Source: Eledone cirrhosa
Taxonomy: Eukaryota
Assembly: GCA_964016885.1 (NCBI GenBank)
Contig: OZ024752.1
Coordinates: 15,810,001 to 15,874,000, forward strand
Reading direction: 5' to 3'
DNA: 64,000 nt
Shown: positions 42,005-56,200 of the stretch, piece after piece
Layout: every line of letters starts with the position of its first letter
Position numbering within the stretch: the stretch's first letter is position 1
Position numbers and translations under genes: made by a program
The notes under the pieces: generated by a model
Database searches by the model: none
The model's input: only the letters and a program-made list of their open reading frames with translations
What the model was told of the DNA's origin: nothing

Positions 42005-42339
42005 CTATAAATAATTATTTGTTGAAAAAATAACGACGCATATTGACAAAGATAACATTTGCCTTGTACGGTATTATTTCTATTTTGATTAGTGGAGTCT
42101 GCTATTGTGTGAAACTAAACCATTCAACTACTTAACAGATCGTTTGCCCTTCCACGTTTAACTTTCTTTGCAGTTCTCACTCCTCTCTCTGTCTCCGACC
42201 ATTTTTCTCAGTAACATGTGTTTTTGTACGAGAACCTCTTTCCACATCCTGACGCGTATGTGTATATGAATGTGTATATAAATATAAACCCGCAAACACA
42301 GGCAGGTTTACAAAAAAAACACACTCACAGACATATGTT

Positions 42340-44585
42340 CACACAAACACACACATACATTCACATAAACACACATACATTCACACAAACACACGCATAC
42401 ATTCACACAAACATAAACACATACATTCACACAAATACACACATACATTCACACAAACACACATACATTCACACAAACACGCACATACACTCACACAAAC
42501 ATACACATACATTCACACAAACACACACATACATTCACATAAACACACACATACGTTCACACAAACACGCACATACACTCACACAAACATACACATACAT
42601 TCACACAAACATACACATACATTTACACAAACGCACACATACGTTCACACAAACACACACATACATTTACACAAACACACACATACATTCACATAAACAC
42701 ACACATACATTCACACAAACACACACATACATTCACACAAACACACACATTCACACATGCATTCACACAAACACACACATACATTCACTGAAACACACAC
42801 ACATTTACACATACATTTACACAAACAAACATACATTCACATAAACACACACATACATCATATAAACACACACATACATTCACACAAGCACACACATGCA
42901 TTTACACAAACACACACATAAATTCACACAAACACACACATACATTCACACAAACACACACATAGATTCACATAAACGCACACAAACATTCAGATAAACA
43001 TTCACATACATTCACATACATTCACATAAACACACACATATAATCACACAAACACACACATACATTTACACAAACACACACATACAGTCACACAAACACA
43101 CAGATACATTCACACACACGCACACATACATTTACATAAACACACACATACATTCGCACAACCACACATATACATTCACATAAACACACACATACATTTA
43201 CACAAACACACACATACATTTACACAAACACACACATACATTCACATAAACACACACATACATTTACACAAACACACACAAACATTCACGCAAACACACA
43301 CTCACACAAACACACACATACATTTACACAAACACACACATACATTCACATAAACACACACATACATTTACACAAACACACACATGCATACACACAACCA
43401 CACACATGCATTTACACAAACACACACATACATTCACATAAACATTCACATACGTTCACATACATTCACATAAACACACACATACAATCACACAAGCATA
43501 AACACATACATTCGCACAAACACACACATACATTCACATAAACACACAGATACATTTACACAAACACACACATACATTTAAACAAACACACACATACATT
43601 TACACAAACACACACATACATTCACACAAACACACACATACATTTACACAAACACACACATACATTTACACAAACACACACATACATTCACATAAAAACA
43701 CACATTTACACAAACAAACACATACATTCACATAAACACACACATACATTTACACAAACACACACATACATTCACATAAAAACACATTTACACAAACAAA
43801 CACATACATTCACATAAACACACACATACATTCACACAAATACACACATACATTTACACAAACACACACATACATTCACAAAAACACACACAAACATTCA
43901 GATAAACATTCACATACATTCACATAAACACACATATACACACACATACAATCCCACAAACACACACATACATTCACATAAACACCCACATACATTCGCA
44001 CAAACACACACATACATTCACATAACCACAAGCATACATTTACACAAACACACACATACATTCACATAAACACACACATACATTTACACAAACACACATA
44101 TGCGTTCACACAACCACACACATACATTTACACAAACACACACATACATTCACACAAACACACACATACATTCGCATTAACACACACAAACATTCACATA
44201 CATTCTCATACATTCACATAAACACACACATACAAACACACACATACATTTACACAAACACACACATACATTCACACAAACACACAAATACATTCACATA
44301 AACACACACATACATTCACACAGGCATAAACACATACATTCGCACAAACACACACATACATTCACACACACACACACACACTTACACAAACACATACATA
44401 CATTTACACAAACACACACATTTATTTACACAAACACACATACATTCACATAAAAACACATACATTCACACAAACACACACACACATTCACACAAACATA
44501 CACCTACATTCACACAAACACACACATACATTCACACAAACACACACATACATTCACAGAAAAACACACATACACTCACACACAA
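42340..44585. repeat. Minisatellite, roughly 20-22-bp unit acacacatacattcacacaaac
   Basis: Tandem array read directly. Confidence 0.95.
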
Positions 44586-44975
44586 CATAGTTTTTTCACC
44601 ATCCCCTTTCCTTCGTTTTACACACATACTTTGACGCAGGCAGCACACGTAAAGAGAGAGGAGAAGTATGAGGTAGTCAAACTACTACTCCCTCGTTACG
44701 TGTTATAGCAGAATCGCAGAAATTTATATCTAGATAATGGATCGTGTAGTTGTTGTAGTGCCACGTAGCCGCGGGCAATAAAAGACACTTGTTCGAACAA
44801 TAAGACACAAACCTTTCCTGTATTGAACGAGATTGATCTTGCTTATTTCTTCCACATATATCTCCCCGTTAGCTCGCTATAGCTTACTCCTCTCACCTAG
44901 TCTCTAACTTCAATGTCAGTCATCATATACATATCATTGACCAGAACTGCAGGCAACTACAACGACCACGCAACC

Positions 44976-45109
<134 letters not shown>

Positions 45110-45185
45110 CGAAGGAAATGTGGTAAGGAACCGGATGGACCATAACGCACCAAAGTACTCAATACTTAGGGTAGTAGAGTGGGTA

Positions 45186-45479
45186 ATAGGAACAAGTAGG
45201 ACCCCGACGGCTGAGCTCAAGCCGTTCGACGCCTAATTCTGGACTAAACGAAAATTTGTAACCTGGTAAATGAATAGCCGAACTTCTCAGGGGGTAATTC
45301 CATATATGGTAAAAGTGATTGTCACAAACTTTTGACCAATCCGTGTGACAATCACGTTTACCATATATGGAATTACCCCCTGAGAGGTTCGGCTATTTAT
45401 TTACCAGGCTAAACATTTTCATTTAGTCCAGAATTAGCCGTCGAACGGCTTGAGCTCAGCCGTCGGGGTCCTACTTGTT

Positions 45480-45484
<5 letters not shown>
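45186..45484. repeat. Foldback element with hammerhead-like three-way junction in each arm
   Basis: Arms 45186-45327 and 45345-45484 are reverse complements; right end runs into (TA)n. Confidence 0.9.
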
Positions 45485-45531
<47 letters not shown>

Positions 45532-45534
45532 CAT

Positions 45535-45830
45535 GATGGCTGCCCCATCGTTATCGAGTATGGGCATTGCACGATATACCGTTATTAATAATTATTAATT
45601 AATTCTATCGTGCAATGCCTGTGCGTGAAGTTATTTTCTTAAAGTGAGGAAAGACTGCGCACAGAGCCAATCCCACTCTCTGAGCAACAGTAGCTATAAC
45701 CCGAAAAGAAGAAACGATCAACGTGATCGGTAACTACTGAGCAGCAGGTTTTATATCGGAGTAATCCCAGGTTCCTGAGTTGCCTTCTCCTAGAAGAACG
45801 CCCAGACAAAAGCTAGGGACCTTCACTCCC
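45535..45830 (-). mobile_element. Copy of the (TGTA)n-tailed element
   Basis: Reverse complement homolog of 24617-24913; (TACA)n on both sides. Confidence 0.75.
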
Positions 45831-45894
45831 ATACATACATACATACATACATACATACATACATACATACATACATACATACATACATACATAC

Positions 45895-47492
45895 ACAAAA
45901 GAGATAGGGATGCAGGCAAAACATCTAGATGTGATAACAAGTGCAGACTCTGCAGAACTAACATCGAGGATATCACCCATGTCATCAGCAGCTGTCCAAA
46001 GATGTCATCGCTGTACTATCTACCTATGAGGCATGATGAGGTGACCAAAACCCTGTAAAAGGTAGTTCGTAAAAAAGATAGCCCCGATAATAAACTGGAA
46101 TGTTCCAGTAAAATCCCCGTAAAATATAACAGACCAGATATTATGATATGGGACAGGGAGAAGAAAGCATTCACAAAATTGTTGCATCTAATAACTGCAT
46201 ATATACACATGTACAGATACAAAGCATATACACATGTACACACACATACATACATACATACATACATACATACATACATACATACATACATACATGATGG
46301 CTGCCCCCTCGTTATCGAGTATGGCCATTGCACAAGAAAAAAAAAATAAAAATAAAAAAAAAAAAGAAAAAATAAAAAAAAGAAGAAAAAAAGAATAATA
46401 ATAATAATAAATAAATTTAAAAAAAAAAAAACATACTTTAAATAATAGTATATCGCGCAATGGCATACTCGATAATGAAGGGGCAGCCATCATGTATGTA
46501 TGTATGTATGTATGTATGTATGTATGTATGTATGTATGTATGTATGTATGTATGTATGTTTTTTATAAGAGACAACGGTCATCCGAAAGTGTGTAAATAT
46601 GTATATACACATGTGCCGCGGTTTAACCGCGCGGCACATGTGTATATACATATTTACACACTTTCGGATGACCGTTGTCTCTTATAAGTAAACGACCCGA
46701 CCACGCGACAGGTTGTACTGGGTTACATGTTACCAGTAGTACACAAGAGTGACCCGACATACATATATACATACATACATAAACGTTGTCAGAAAAATAT
46801 AGGAGAAGGGTGACATCTACGGACCATTGATGAGGAGTTTACAAATTAAGTATCCAAGATACACCTTTAGCTTCATACCCATCATTATTGGCGCTACGGG
46901 TTATATACCAACTCGCTTGGACCAATGTATAACTGAACTTGGATTTGCGGACAAAGAACGCAGCTCCCTAATTAATGGTCTACAAATGGCTGCGATAGCT
47001 GGCACCTTCAAAATTTGCAAAACATTCTTGCGATTCGAGGGATGACAATTTCTTTTCTTCTACAACCTTGCCACCAGGAAGGTGGCCGGTCAAAAATATA
47101 CTCGAAATTAAGAGAAAGAGAGAACACATACATACACACATACATACACACATACATACACACATACATACACATATACATACATACATACACACATACA
47201 TACATACATACATACATACATACACACATACATACATACATACACACACACATACATACACACATACATACACACATACACACATACATACACACATGCA
47301 TACATACATATACACATGCACACACATAACTCAAAACATCCACATGCACACATACATTAACAGCCATACCTGCACATGCATACATGCATACATATCTACC
47401 TAGTTGATGTGTAAATTCTAATGAGTGTATCTATGTTAGAAACCGACTCGCTCTCTATTGGTAAACATTAGTGAAATTATAAAACCAGAAGA
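45895..47492 (+). pseudogene. Cluster of R4/Dong-type 3' fragments in (TACA)n
   Basis: CRLC...IEDITHVISSC...RHD (CCHC knuckle), NRPDIMIWD, YGPLMRSLQ...IIIGATG...CKTFL; same 3' end as at 25.9 kb. Confidence 0.8.
46563..46687. repeat. Perfect palindrome with roughly 56-bp arms
   Basis: ttataagagacaacgg...gtgccg / cggcac...ccgttgtctcttataa. Confidence 0.95.
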
Positions 47493-48212
47493 ACATACAT
47501 ACATACTTGCATACACGCATGATCGCTGCAATTTTATTTCTAGTAATGCCATCTCTTGATACTTAAGCATGAACATCACGGACTGGCTTTTTCCTCTTGA
47601 TAGGGACTTGCCTATGGCCAGCAATACCATACATCGCAAAAATGTGCTTGAAGCTTTTTTTAAGTAAGAAAGGATTTGCACGGGGCCAATCCAACTCTCC
47701 AACATAGAATGTATTTACCCCAAAAGAAGCACTGCTCTGCATCATTGGATGAAATCGTAGTCGCAGGATTTATATCAGAGTGACCTTCTCCTAGAGAGAT
47801 GTCTGAAAACTAGGAGTCTCTCGCTCCACAAAATAAACTTTGGATGACTGTTGACTTTCCTGAATACCTCGGCCCCTTGACGCATTTTGAATTATCATCC
47901 CACAGGGTGTCCAATATTACCCTCTCCACCAAGCAAGCTTGGTTTAATCGCCGACGACCCGGCTATGCACAGGTTGTACAGGGTTACATGTTACCAGTAG
48001 AATTGAGGGTGACCTAATACACACACACACACGCACACTCACCCACACACAAGATAGATATACACGGGTGTGTATGATTGTGTATAGAAGATTATATTAA
48101 TAAGGGAAATTCCAACTTTGTCGGATTTACTCGTTTTATTTACAATCCTTTAAAATTTATAATGGTATTATAATGAAATACTTTGATAGAATATTAAATT
48201 CTAAGTGTTAAT

Positions 48213-48251
48213 TGAACAAGTACTTTCATGCTTTCGCAATCTTCAGGTTCA
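48213..48251 (-). ncRNA. Minimal hammerhead (left arm)
   Basis: Exact reverse complement of 48316-48354. Confidence 0.8.
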
Positions 48252-48315
48252 TAATATGTGGTGACAGTCAAGTTTGCAAGTTGAAAATTGCAAACTTGAC
48301 TGTCACCACATATTA

Positions 48316-48354
48316 TGAACCTGAAGATTGCGAAAGCATGAAAGTACTTGTTCA
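48316..48354 (+). ncRNA. Minimal type I hammerhead
   Basis: TGAAC-CTGAAGA-TTGC gaaa GCAT-GAAA-GTAC-TT-GTTCA; GNRA loop 2; palindromic stem III AGTACT. Confidence 0.8.
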
Positions 48355-51217
48355 ATTAACACTTAACATTTAATATTCTATCATACTATTTCATTATAAT
48401 ACCATTATAAATTTTAAAGGATTGTAAATAAAACGAGTAAATCAGACAAAGTTGGAATTCCTCTTAATATATATATATATATAATACATTTAAAAAATCT
48501 GTGGCAAATATAAGCACCATCTAAGAAACGAGAAACAATATCTAATAGACGAAATGTCTCATATGTTCTGGTGCTGAATATATAATTTCCAGTGAATATA
48601 GTCTAGAGTCTAATGAGCTCCAGCATGCTTATGATATGATAATCTCAAACTTTGATTTATGTACAGGTCGTACTAAGTCGCGCAGCAAATCATTAAATAT
48701 CAACGTCTTAACTGCATTAAGAACTGAATTATCGTTTACATTTAATTTAATTACAATTGTCTATTTGTGTTGTGGGTCACTTCTATCTCTCTAGACAAAA
48801 CGGAGGTAGAAAAATGACCAAGTGTGAGCTGCCCTGCAAGATATCAACCATTGAACTCAGTACCTTAAAACCACAGATAATATGATGACGAAAATGATAC
48901 ATTTGTTATTTCAATATCATTTTTGTTATTAATACAATACAATGTACGTCTATACTAAATTGTTTTTAATGTGTTGGTACGTGACCCTGTATTGCAATGG
49001 ATTAAGGCTGGAGCCTGCATTTTTAGTTCAAACGCGATATCAAGTAATTTTAATTATGTCTATACTTTACAGTGAATATTTCATAATTAATACATTTATT
49101 TATTTTACATAAATATCTTATATGCTGGCAATACGGTCTTTTTGTTTAGATATATGAGGAGGCCACGCCATGCTCGAAGAGTTAATGAGTTCACTTCTCA
49201 ATTATTAGGTCTTGGTATGGACCCCGCTGTGTGGCGTCCTGTACACGTATCATTTACCATAGCTTCGAGTCGTGTGGGTTAAACTTGGTTGACGGAAACT
49301 GTTTGGAAGCCCGTCGAATGCACTTTACCAGTAATTCAACAGGCTAGCCTTGTCACACATTGTGTTATGCTGAATCTCCATAAGAATTACTATGAGGGTA
49401 CACGTGTCAATGAAATGCTCAATATTTTGCCGGCTTATTTTTTGAGCAGGTTGTTCTGTTGATTGAACTAGGACACTTCTCGTCGAAACCGATGGAACTA
49501 CATTCCGTTCTATATCACAATTAGAAAACTTAATTACTTTATATAAATATCTTATAATTTAGCATTTCTATCTTTTCTGGTTATATTGCAGTCATAACAA
49601 AATACGCCAGCCATATCTGAATTTTATTCATATATATTCTATGAATCAAAGACCAAAAAATGATTCTTCATAATAGATTTTTTTATAATCGGTCGACAAC
49701 ATCCCAGACTTCAATCATTTACCGACTGATGGGAAACTCGTCAAATCAAACCAAGGAAATATTTTTCCATTGACTTTTCCGTTGTTGATACTGTCTAACC
49801 GTCGCAAAAATAGATTCAAATAAATATCAAAACTAATTTCCTAATTTTCAATAAATATGTCTCCCAAGTAGAAACTACCACATCCTGACTTCAATATAAA
49901 TAAATGGCGGATTCTTCGCTTGTGAAGATCAGTGGGAAGAATTGATGTTCTGTCTCGCGTGGTGGCACACCCTGGGGTAGCCGGAAATGGAAATCCTGAA
50001 CCCCCAGGCTCTGGTATAGTTGGGGGCACGTGTGTACTTGGTCAGTTGGTGGTTGGGAGTCAGCCGTATTGCTGAAATATATTATTACAGTAATAAATGT
50101 TTACTATTAGATTTTCAAAAGCTTTGCATAGTTTTCTCAGAGGACTTCTAATATAATTATTGTTTAGCTTCAAACCAGCTGTAATACAGTAAATCAAGGG
50201 CGTGCCAGCTGTGACCATCTCCTGTTTTCTTTTTAAATACCAAGGACAACTTTCTCCAATATGTACCGCATCATTTTTAAATAGTTTCTAATTTGAATAA
50301 TATTTGGCAACCTAATTTAGTAAGGTGAGTAATCTCAGGAAGACAATCTCGGTGTGCCTAAAGTTAAAGTCTGTCTTAAACCAGAAGGCTCGTCAGGCCA
50401 GTGCTTATACAGGTTTCATGGCGTGAGGCAACTGAGATCACAACTCTCCCCTGGACAGGAGACCAGTTCATCGCTGGCTTAAATCCCCAGCTATTGCTGG
50501 TACTTATTTTCAGCTGAGTATATTGGAGTAACGTGAAATGAAGTGTTGTGCTCAAGAACACACCACCCAACCCAGCCCAGGAATCGATGCGACGACGTTA
50601 TGGTCGTAAGTCTAACACCTCGGTGTGACTAGCATTTAATCATAGATTAACTATTCAGCAAACAATAGTCTTGTTCCTAATTTGTCAAGACATCGACATT
50701 ACAACACGTGTTGTATAGATAACATTACAATAAAATAGATAACATTACAATAAAATCGCCATTGGATTTTCTCCAGCAGGACACTACTTTTTCAATATAA
50801 TTTATGTTTCTACTGTTATATTTTGTATTATTGCTTCTTATTTTTAATTGATTTACAGTTAAGGACAGTTAAGGTAACGTAGACATCAAGGTTGTCATAC
50901 TCGGCGTGTCACCGTATCTAGTTCACATTCCTGTCAGATATAATTATGGACACAATCGCCATCAGCCGTTTTACTCAAGTAAGGAAATATTTAAAAATAA
51001 AATTAGAATTGTATTACTCGCCCTAGAACAGCTGATACATACATGTATCTATGTACACGTATACACACACATACACACACCCACACACACCCACACACAC
51101 CCAAATATATATATACACACACATATATATTTGTAGGTATAGGTTATATCGTACATTAAGAATAATATTCGATTCGTTTGTAAACAAACGGCCCGATGTG
51201 TATGTATATATATATAT

Positions 51218-51409
51218 AACTGTTTCTACATTTGGCACAAGGCCAGCAACTACCCAGTACATTACTGGTACTTTATTTTATCGACCCCGTAAGGATGAAA
51301 GGCAAAGTTAACCTCAGCGGGATTTGAAATCAGATCGTAAAGGGACGTAACTATGCTGGAAAGCATGGCGTCCGACTCTCTACCTATACTGCTAATCCAC
51401 ATAACGGCG
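51218..51409 (-). mobile_element. SINE family A
   Basis: Full-length reverse complement. Confidence 0.9.
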
Positions 51410-51453
51410 ATGAATTTGCTTTGCAAGGTTTTTAATATGAAATCGTGTGTCGA

Positions 51454-51551
<98 letters not shown>

Positions 51552-51602
51552 TGTGTGTGTGTGTGTGTGTGTAGACGGAAATTCATATACCTATATGTAT
51601 GC

Positions 51603-51639
<37 letters not shown>

Positions 51640-51707
51640 TATGTACGTATATATATATAAGAAGTGTAAGTCAACATGGTAAAGTTAGCTTCGTATATTC
51701 ACATTCG

Positions 51708-51760
51708 CTGCTATATATATTTCAGTGTTAGCCATTATTAGCTATGACCTCATCAGGCAG
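51708..51760 (-). ncRNA. Type I hammerhead ribozyme
   Basis: CTGC-CTGATGA-GGTCATAGC taataatg GCTAACACT-GAAA-TATATA-TA-GCAG. Confidence 0.8.
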
Positions 51761-53224
51761 TAAGAATTTAAACAGAAAAAACAGGAAGACATGATGTTGT
51801 ATTGGAGTTTACCGTGTTAATTCGTTGATATGCCCAGCTCCTGGGTGTGTTGTTAGTCCTCTAAGGAACTGGAAGCATTTGAGTGTTCCAACCTGCATAC
51901 TGAGGTGTCGGTAAACAACCAACAGATACTCAATATATATATATATATATATATATATGTATAATTTTGTTACTAAAAATATGCGCTGATGGATGCTGGT
52001 AGAAACGCTGTATTTAATTAAAATTGTTTCTTTTTTATATCTGAGTTCCAATATATCAAGTGTTAACGTTGTCTGATAACCCTCTCAGATGAAAACAAAT
52101 AAGTAGCTGTAATATATTAGTAGCTAGGTTAATTACCCACACACTGATTCTACAAACATAGTTGTGATCCTTTATAAAACAATCTATATAGGATTAAAGT
52201 TGACTGACCTCTGTATTAATCTGAGTATGACATGTAAGATACATCATTTATTTCCAGAGAAAACATTATTATCAATGAATCAATCTGAAATTTCGAGTGT
52301 TGACCTTTTAATGAAACGCAATCGGGTATTTTAGATAAATATTTATGCAGATACCGATATATGCAGTAGAATAGATAATTTCTCGAATAAATTTAAAGAT
52401 AAACATTTTATAATCACAATAATAGCACTTTTATTCTATTAAATTAGCAGGCTTCTTTTTTGTAAAGTGTGTGCCTCTTTGACAAAATTAAATCGTTAAT
52501 TAAATAATTAGATTTATAATTTGAATCAATTTACAAAGTGCTGCTGGAGGTCAATTTATCGCGAAAATTACATTGTTGCAATTTATAGGTTTGTCGTTAC
52601 GCACAACAAAATACAGTGCGCATGCGTATGTCCTGGTATATGTATACGTGTATGTAATTAAAGTAGGTTTTAATTGATATTATTTAGAAACGATTGAGAA
52701 TGTATTATCTTATGTAAGCTTGAAAGTTATTTTGGTTAGTCATACTGATGAGATCACTTTTTTGAAATATTACAAACATATGTTTATGTTCGATTAGCGG
52801 TATTTGTAGAGGGTCGGGCGCCATGCTTTTCAGCATAGAGTTACAGCCCTTTACGTTGTGAGTTCTAATTCCTCCGAGGTGAGCTTTGCATTTCATGCGG
52901 AGTCCAGTAATGCACTGGGATAATTGCTGGCCTTGTGCTAAAAACAGAATCAATTATTATTGCGTTTAGCCTCAGGTTAGCAGGTATCTAGAATGACGTC
53001 CCAGCCGTGATCACTAAAGTTATTTCTGCATGTATGCATGCAAGTTTCCGTAACTCCTGAGGAAAAAGTATTGACGCCATATTGACATACGGAGTTTCTA
53101 TGGCATTTCTTTTAACCTGGCAAAACCCAGCAGATTTCTTCCAGAAAAGGATAGAGAAATGGAAAATAGATATAGAGGAAGGATCGACCCCAGTATTAGA
53201 CTGGTATTTTTTCATCGCTCTTGA

Positions 53225-56200
53225 ATAAGGTGCCGACCTTCAATAAGGTGCCGACCACCTCGATTTCTGAGGTGTTCGACACCATCACGATGATGTCGTC
53301 CGCATAAGCCGCACCGCCTTTCCACGTCCCGGTTCGAGCAGGATGCCCTGCAACAGCTCCAGCTTCCGCAGTAAAGGCTCGAGAGTCAATACGTACAGAA
53401 GAGAGAGGGCACCGTTGACGGACCGATCGGGAGAGTCGAAATGGTTCCTAGAGGTGGCCATTAACCTTGACCACCGAGCGTGTGCCACTGTGCATTGCAG
53501 CGATCCAGCTTCTGAAGATAGGGCCGAAGCTTGCTGCTTTGAGAACAAACTCCAGATACCGATGGTCGACCCTATCGAATGCTTTCGATTGATCTAAATT
53601 GATCAGTGCCCCACCGAAGCCAGGTTTACACCATACCCTCTCTATGATGTATCGCATGTGGTGGAGATTGTCGTGTATGGACCTGGCTGGGATTCTGCAA
53701 GTTTGCGCCTCCCCAACCAAATCCTCGACGACAAGCGCCAATTTCTTTGCTAACACCTTGGCCAAAATCTTAAACTCTGTGTTGAGCAGAGTTATGGGCC
53801 TGAAGTTGTCTAATGTATCCCTCTTGTTCTCGTCTTTCCTTATCAGCGTCACCACTCCCCTGCTCAAAGAACTGGGAATACTCCCATTTTGCTGCCAGGG
53901 CGGTAGAGTGCTTCGAGGAGATCAGAGAACAAGTCTGGCATATTTCCGTAAAGATTGTAAGGCAGGCCATCCAAACCGGGTGACTTGCGCCTCATGCAGC
54001 CGACAAGGGCGTCCTGAATTTCGGCTGAAGTAATCGAGCTTTCGCTGCGCTCAGCGTCGACCGTCGAGATGCGCGGCAAGCCGTCAAGGTAGGGACTGAA
54101 ATCCGCTACTCTCTCTGACTCGCCACTCTACCCGAAAAACCGAGCAAAGTGCTGGCGAAAGGCCTCACACATCCTCTTGGAATCGCTTATCTCGTGTCCG
54201 TCTCGGACCGCCAAAGACCGGATTGTGGTTTTATTACCACGCTGCGCCTCTGCCACGGGGGCCCATCGAATAGCTTTGGTTCCCTCGTTTCTCAGCACAC
54301 GCGCCTTAGCTCTGACAATGCAACCTTCGTGTTTCGCATTGAAGAAATGGTTTAACGCCATTCTAGCCGCTAGCACGTCAGTTGCAATGCCACTACAAAT
54401 AGCCTCGTCTAACTTATCTACCAGCTCCCTCTCCTTTCTATTTTTCTCTAACGCTAGTTCTTTGCTGAACTCTATCGAAGTTACTCTAATCCCTCTTTTG
54501 AAAACCCCCCACCATCTGTTGTTGGTGATCCCCCCCCCCCCCCGTCAACCTTTGCTTAACTAAATTGTTGACTCGGTCCCCGTAAGCCTTACGTGTCGCA
54601 AATGACATGTTTAGCTTCCAGTAACCCGGTCCCAACCTACGCGTTTTATCTAGGTCGACCATACAGATCACAAATTTGTGATCTGAATAGGCGACCGTTT
54701 TAAAAGGTGGGCAGCCTACACTATTTCTATCTATTTTCCTAAGGAAGATCCTGTCTATATACAATCTAGATGACCCCATTCGGTTGGTCCATGTCCATAC
54801 TGGCACATTGGGGACATCTAGTCGATACCTGTAAGACAGTTGGAACTGGCTGAGTAGGTGCTTGAGGCTTTGCCCCCCTCCCCCGCTCTTATCACCTACT
54901 CCCACACAATCCCAGCGTGCGTCTAAGCTGCCATTCCAGTCCCCCGCTAACAGTAAGGGGCGAGACGTACCCAGAAAGGTTTCCTGGAGCCTAAAGAAGC
55001 CCGGTCGTCCGGCCCCTGTAGGGGCGTAGACGGCCAGCAGTCTAAAGGCACCACCTTCAGTACTGCTCACATCCAAGGCCAACAACTTACCGTCCGGGTC
55101 CCGGAAGATCAACCTTACCTCGAGATCCAATCCTTTCCTAAAATACACTCCCACCCCACCTCCAATTCCTGGCCTGCTAACAGATGCGATGATCTGATAG
55201 TCGTCGAAAATGGGAGCTAGTGCGCGCGTGTCGGAAATTCTGGTCTCGCTGATGGCAATCATATCCATTTCCAGCGACCTGAGGTCGTTGAGCAGGCGAC
55301 CCTGCTTCCAGGATGACCCCAGGCCGCGAACATTTAAACTTCCTACTCATAATATGGCCATGTTGGCAAGCTAAAAGAGAGAGGGAAGGTTTACTTACCA
55401 CCCTGTGTCTTGTGAAGGTCGGGTGGTTCGACCTCCATGGTTGGTGGGGTTTCTTTGGGGAACCCCTTTAAAAGTTTTGAGGAAAGCTCTCCCGAATTTT
55501 TTTTAAGGAATCGAGTGACATTCGGACCAAAAGCAAATCTTCTGGCACGCAAAATGTGCTCATTTCAATAATCTCCCCCTCTGTTTGAATGTCCTCGCTT
55601 CATGCTAAGACGGCCATCAGTTTATCGTTGGCCCTTCTAACAAGCACGAAGTTTTTAACATTTTGTTCGTGTGGTTTTATTTGTTTTCGTTTTGTTGACT
55701 GTGCTTGTGAGGGTTTTGGTGGTGTTGTTTCGGGTATGTCTGTGCTTGTTGTAAGCGTGGTGTCTGCAATTTCAGGTGTGTGTTTATTTGTACTTGTGTT
55801 TGTTTAGGTTGTTTGCGATTCGGGGATTGTCGGTGGGGGGGGGGGGGGGGTCGATGTTGCTGTTGGTGCTGATGTTAATGGGGAAGTGTTTGCGTTAGTG
55901 GTGTCTGTATTTGTTGTTGTGTATGTTTATGTGTTTTGTTGTGGCTTTCTATTTTTTTTTTATGAGTTTTCTCTGTTTTTTTTGCACTTTTGTGTTTTCC
56001 TTCATCTTCGCTGCTGGAAGACAAAGGGTCTGTGGCTGTGAGTGTCTCTGTGTCTGTGTGTGCATTTATTGTTTTGTCTATGTGTATAATGGGGGGGGGT
56101 AGGGGGAGTGGGAGAGCTTTCCTCGTTTTCCCTTTGGATTGGTTTCGCTGTTGGTGGTGGTCCGGCTGTTTTTGATGTTGGTGTCCGTGTCTTTGTTCGT

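Larger units (their letters stand above)
48101..48466. repeat. About 365-bp foldback with 8-nt loop
   Basis: Arms 48101-48279 and 48288-48466. Confidence 0.95.

Noticed and set aside
42340-44585. CRISPR-like regular repeat
   Set aside because: Tandem low-complexity units without unique spacers; eukaryotic context
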